Shown in pieces: positions 58,897-64,000 of a DNA stretch of 64,000 nt; position 1 is the stretch's first letter; each line of letters begins with the position of its first letter. Source of the DNA: Protoeuglena noctilucae (Eukaryota); the NCBI GenBank assembly GCA_958009085.1, contig OY253670.1, forward strand, positions 1,054,001 through 1,118,000. The letters run 5' to 3'. The position numbers and the translations under genes are program-made. The notes beneath the pieces are model-generated. The model was not told the DNA's origin. It searched no databases and saw only the letters and a program-made list of their open reading frames with translations.

Positions 58897-61577
58897 TTAG
58901 CACTTGAACTCGAGCTGCATGTTGTTTTCGGGCGGGAGGCCCACGCACGCGCGGAGGGTGTTCTCGAGCATGGCGCGCTGCTTGGCCAGGGCGTTCACGA
59001 CGGGCTTGCCCTGGGGCACCAGGGGCGCCTTGGTCAGGTACGACAGGAGGACGGCGATGGGGTGGAAGTGGTGGAAGGCAGAGTCGCTGTCCTGCTTGAT
59101 CTGCAGAAACGGCCATGTGAAGGAAGGGTCGGGGACAAGGATAGGCTAGATAGAGTAGGCGGGGCATCGCTTTCCACTAAGCGTTGCTTGTTGCGGCACC
59201 AGCGGGCGCCTTCGGACAGACGGTGCGGTCCCGGCATGCGCGCAAGCCTGGCGCCCCACCTGGATGCGGGTGATGAGCTCGGCGAGGATGACGAGGTCGA
59301 GGATGATGGGCGCGGCAAGGAGCGAGTCCTCGCACGTGTTGTGGATGGCGAGCGTGTTGCGGCCGCCCATGAAGATCTCCGACGTGTACTCGTCCATCGC
59401 ACGCTTCGAGTCGCCCACGTACGGCACGTACTTGATCACCACCAGGTGGTCGGGGTGCTCGCCGGCCTTGTACAGGATCTGCGAGACGCAAGGTGGGCGG
59501 GCGCCAGGTGATGGGCGGGAGCGAGGCGGGCGGGAGCGACGTGGCAGGCCAGGTTGGTAGTAGCGTAGCGAGTATCACCTGGTTGCTCTGCACCATGTCG
59601 TCGACGACGTTCGACTTGGAGATCTCCTTCGAGCGGAAGGTCTGGGGGGCCGAGAGGTTGAGGCCGTCGTTGTTGCCGAGGTGGTTGTACGAGACGATCG
59701 ACACGGGCTTGATGCCGGCGCCGACCAGGAAGTCCACGAGCACCGACTTGAGCTGCGGGAGGGGCCGGGAGAGCCTCGCGTTGTCGTTGCGCACAGGCGG
59801 GCGAGGGCCGTGGGATGCGGTACGGGGTGGGCCGGCCCTACGGTATGGTGGCACGCGCCCGGCGCACGCCTGCTCGCCTTGGTCTGGCCCGACTTGAAGT
59901 CATCGCCGCCGATGAGGACGTTCTTGCGCTCGGCGAGTTCGATGAGCCCGGGGACGAAGGTGTTCTGGGGCGCGCCGTTGATGAAGGGGCAGCCCTCGTT
60001 GATGGCCGCGACCGCGTAGAGCGTGGAGGGCGCCACCTCGCTCTCGCCCCGCTCGATCGCCGCAAGGAGGTTATCTGCCGTGTCGTTCAGGCCGTCCAGG
60101 ACGTCCGCGTACCGCTCCGTGTTGGCGGTCCACAGCACGATGACCTTGTCGAGCGCGTTGGCCTCCTTGAAGGCGCGGATGTGCTCCTGCACCTGCGCCA
60201 CCTGCTCCACCTTGGTGCCCCGCAGCACGTTGTCGGCGCGGGGGCCCTGGTTGGCCGCGACGAAGTTCTGGTCGAAGATGGCGGGCAGCGGCACCATGTC
60301 GCGCATGTGCGGCACCAGCTGCTTCTGCAGTTCCCAGTCCAGCACCAGCGCCCGCTCCATCGCCTCCGCCAGGTTGGCCTTCGAGATGTCCCAGCCGCCC
60401 ACCACCAGGTCGTTCGGGCTCACCATCGGCAGGAGCGCCTGCGGGCGACCGACGTCGCACGCGATGATCGGAGGGCCGCCGCGGGCCCTCGAGGCGCGCG
60501 GACGCGCACGCGACGGCCAACAAACCCTTCCGCACCTTGAGCGGCGCCCACGCCTCCTCCCCGTTGAAGTTGCCCAGGCGGACCGTCGACGCCTGCGTGA
60601 TGGATCCCCAGTAGTTGGGCTTCCGCAGGCCGTCCTTGGTCATCCACGTGATCCCCTCCCGATTGGCGATGATGCCGCCCGTGATCGTGCTGCCGTTGTT
60701 CCCGCCCCAGCCCACCAGCATCACCCTGCGGGGGCAGCGTGGGAGGCGATCCATCGTCGCGGAGGGAGCCGGCGCAATTGAAAGGCCGGAAAGCTGATCG
60801 ACAGAGGCGCCCGAAACGCCCGCCCGGGCTCGCGCTTGGGGCCCAGTCGGCCGGCGAGGGCCCATGTGGGAGTCCGAGGGGGGCAGGCCGGGCCAGGGCA
60901 GCGAGAGGATCCCCGAGCCCCGTCGCCACAAATCCAGGGCGGCTCGCCCCACCCGAACGCATCCCGCGAACCCCGGGCCGTGCCCCGCGCGCGGCGGTGC
61001 CCGCTGGTTGTGGACAAGCCTGGACCCCACGGCGCTCGGCCGAACGGCGGGTCCGCGACGGGGCCGCGGTGGGCCAAACGCGCACAGGATACCAAAATGC
61101 GCACCCGCGACACCCCGCGCGCCCGCCCAGCCCGGCCCCGGCGCTGGGAGGGGCTCGGGCCCCGCGCCCGCGGCTCCGGCGGGCGCCGCGGGGGTCGCGG
61201 GGTGTCGCGAATGGTCTACCCGAGGCTACGGAGGAAAGGCACGCGGCGGGGCGCGCCCCTCCGCCGGCGGGGGCGCAGCCCCCGGTCGAGAGTCGGGCGC
61301 GGGGCCCCCCGGCCGGTCGAAATCGGCGCGGGATGAACTAGGGATGGGCCGCGGCCACCGCCGTCGGGAGGTTCGCGGAGGCGGGGACGGGCGCTTACCC
61401 GAGCTTGGGGAGCGCAGTCCCCGTCCGGAACTGGAAGGTCTGCTGGACCGGCTTGACGATAATGCCACCATCGGCCGCCTGCTCGATCCGCGTCGTGTCG
61501 TACTTGAACGTAGACTCGATGAATTCTCCCCCGTACACCACATTGGGGCTCTCGACGCGGAACCGGTCGACGTGCAT
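58897..61577 (-). CDS. INO1: Myo-inositol-1-phosphate synthase
   Basis: [86 protein letters not shown] and MQLEFKC*. ATG 61577 follows an acceptor-like CAG, so a 5' UTR intron is possible. Confidence 0.97.
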
Positions 61578-62041
61578 CTGCCTGCGGCACGGACGGAGGC
61601 ACGGGGAGTCGGTGTCGCAGCGACGGGCCCGGGGCCCGCCGGATTCCGCGCGCCCGCGCCCCAACAGGCGACAGCATGCGACGCGCTGGGCAGCCTCACG
61701 TTGGCTCCTGTCCTGCTGCCCCTGGGAGGGTGGTGTATGGGGGAGCGCGGATATGGTCGCCAAGTCGCGCCCGGGGCCCTCCTGGCGCAGTCCGGCGGCC
61801 CGAGAACATCCCACTGACACCACGCGTCTGGCAGCGGTCAGGCTTCACCACGAACGCTGCTGAGGGGCGCGGGGCTCGCCAACTTGCACCTAAATGAGGA
61901 TCCGGTGCTCTCCTGCGACCCTGTCTCTTGTTTGGTTCGGGAATCCCATTGCGTGCCTCCCTGGGCTCGCAATCGCCGGCGCGGGACCGTGACCGAGACG
62001 AAGGAAGCCGTTCTTCAGGCGCCGGCCTCGCGGGGGAGCTC

Positions 62042-64000
62042 ATGAAAGCGCTAATCGTGGGGGCTGGCCCTGCGGGCCTTTTGGTCGCGCTGCAGCTGGC
62101 TGACGCTGGGTGGAACGTGGAGGTGGGAGCTCAGATGCAGCAGCTTTGTTGCTGTAGATTGCATGTTGGATGCGACGCGGCGTTGGTGCGTGGCACAGGG
62201 ACGCATGGGACGCGCTGCAAAACACAGCCCAGCATGAGCATGCGGCCCGCCTGAACTTGTGCGCAGATGGTGGAGGTACTAGATGATCCTCGATGGGGCC
62301 CGCGGGAGGATGACAGGACGTACGAGATCGTTCTGGTGAGGGTGGCAAGGCGGGGCCCTTGCCAAGGGATGCTGCTGGCCGATGCGGGGGACGCCGGCTG
62401 CGCTCTTTGCTCAGCCATGTCGATTGCATAATGTGCTTGCTGCCGATGCATCGTCGCTGTGTGCGAGCGCCCGCGGGCCTCGAAACGGCACAAACTACAC
62501 ACGGTGCTGTTGACCGGTCCCGTCTTCGCCTGCGGACAGCGGGGACATCGATGCCTCCGTCGGCTGCAGATGGAGAGAGGCATGAGTGCGCTGAAGATGG
62601 CGGGAATAGACGACCCCGACGACGACATGGCGACGTTCGTCGGCAGCGTCAACCACAACACCCGCGCGGGCGTCCGCTGGGGCCCGGGCGTCCTCCAGAT
62701 GCTGTCCAAGAAGCAGCGGACGATCTACGGGGTTCGACAGGAAATCGACTCCATGATCCTGAACCGCATCGAGGCCAAGGCGAGTTCAGGCACCCGTGGC
62801 CCTCGTGAGTGCCCCTCGCGCTCTCTTAGGGAGCGGTCTGACTCGCGTCCGCTCTCCTCGCGCGCAGGGCCACCTGCAGTCTTCTGTGCGGATTCACTGG
62901 GGCTACCGCGCCAAGCACATCGACCTCGCGGCCAGGCGGGTCGTCGCGGAGCGGGTCGCCCCTGACCCTGCGCCTCCCGCAGACGCATCTCATGCGGGCC
63001 CCAGCAACGCCCGGTCCGCCGCGGCATCCGAGGCGGGGCCCTTGGGGTCCTCTCCGCGCCATCCCTCGCGCCGGCACTCCCTGGCCGGCTCGCTGGCGTC
63101 GGCCGTGTCGGACAACGACGACGAGGAGCTGGGCGAGGCCTCGCGGGCCACCGAGCGCACGGAGTTCGTCGCAGCTGCCGCCACGCCGCCCAAGCTGCCG
63201 CCCAAGGAGGTCACCTTGGAGTACGAAGTCCTCATCGGGGCAGACGGCGTGCACAGGTGAGATAACGAGAGACGATCAATGCCTGGCTTGGCCTCATGAC
63301 ATGGCCCACCTGGCATGGCCTCGTGGCTCGCAGTGCGGTTCGGGAATCCATGGCGAGCGTCCCCGACGGCATCACGGCGTCCGTCGTCCCGGGCAACCTC
63401 GGTTACTTCACCGCCCGGTGCCAGGAACCGAGGGACGTGATGATTTACGAGGAGGTGGCTCGGAAGGGGCTGTCCGGGTACGATCTTGACACCGCCAAGG
63501 GTTGGATTCACGTCATACCGGGGGCCAAGCCCGTCCACTGCGACCAGCTGGGATACGCAGACGTGAGCCTTGCGATGGGTTGGGGCCGTGCCCGAGGCTC
63601 GGCATGCAGATGCGACGGCCAAGATCGGCAAATGCTTTGCATCCCCGCCGCCCTCGCAGCACCCGTCGATGATGCTGCTGTCGAGCCTGAGGGGCGTGCC
63701 CTTGGAGCGTGCGCGGGAGGCGGCGCGCGAGTGCCGGGTGGTTTTCCTGGGACCCTTCACGTGGCTGCAGACGCTGAACAACCAGGCCGCGGCGTTCGAG
63801 GCGCTGCAGGAGCAGTTCGGGGGTCGTATCCGCAAGAGCGTCCTGGCGTCCATTGCAGGCGAGCCACGCGGCGATGCCGGAGACGGGTGGGTGGGAGGGT
63901 GGCAGGGACGCACGACGTGGTAGTAACAGACGCGGCCGCGGTCTTGACGTCTGCTGCAGAGCAGATCGCCACGGAGGGCGGGCCGTTTGGTGGTGGCTAC
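62042..64000 (+). CDS. FAD-dependent monooxygenase (kynurenine 3-monooxygenase-like); 3' end runs off the window
   Basis: MKALIVGAGPAGLLVALQLA (GxGxxG), RTYEIVL|MERGMSAL and YEVLIGADGVHSAVR (DG motif). Confidence 0.8.

Noticed and set aside
55498..64000. ApbE/flavin reductase and FAD monooxygenase as a two-component system
   Set aside because: The monooxygenase has single-component-type GxGxxG and DG motifs and is separated from the fusion by INO1; proximity alone is weak evidence.

Overview
GC-rich, gene-dense, intron-rich eukaryotic nuclear DNA, most likely a green alga (chlorophyte-type alpha-tubulin, RAPTOR and INO1); the exact taxon cannot be read from the window. I spliced 17 genes by hand: oligopeptidase A (3' partial), NAE1/APPBP1, TM9SF, an uncharacterised Ser/Pro-rich gene, ELP2, NPC1, RAPTOR, alpha-tubulin, TANGO2, an F-box/LRR protein, KCR, 2-oxoglutarate dehydrogenase E1, aldose 1-epimerase, an ANTH clathrin adaptor, an ApbE/flavin-reductase fusion, INO1/MIPS and an FAD monooxygenase (3' partial). 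Two things stand out. (1) The gene at 55498-58557 encodes an N-terminal MGCAPS acylation motif, a flavinylation-motif-like DVISSPTFT, a complete ApbE (FAD:protein FMN transferase) domain and flavin-reductase-like domain(s), so it is a candidate membrane-anchored, self-flavinylating redox protein. (2) At least 27 of roughly 140 hand-placed introns use GC-AG, nearly all with a G|GCGAG donor. Genes also sit in seven tight head-to-head pairs. No RNA genes, CRISPR arrays or intact mobile elements were recognised. All exon structures are manual and need RNA-seq confirmation.
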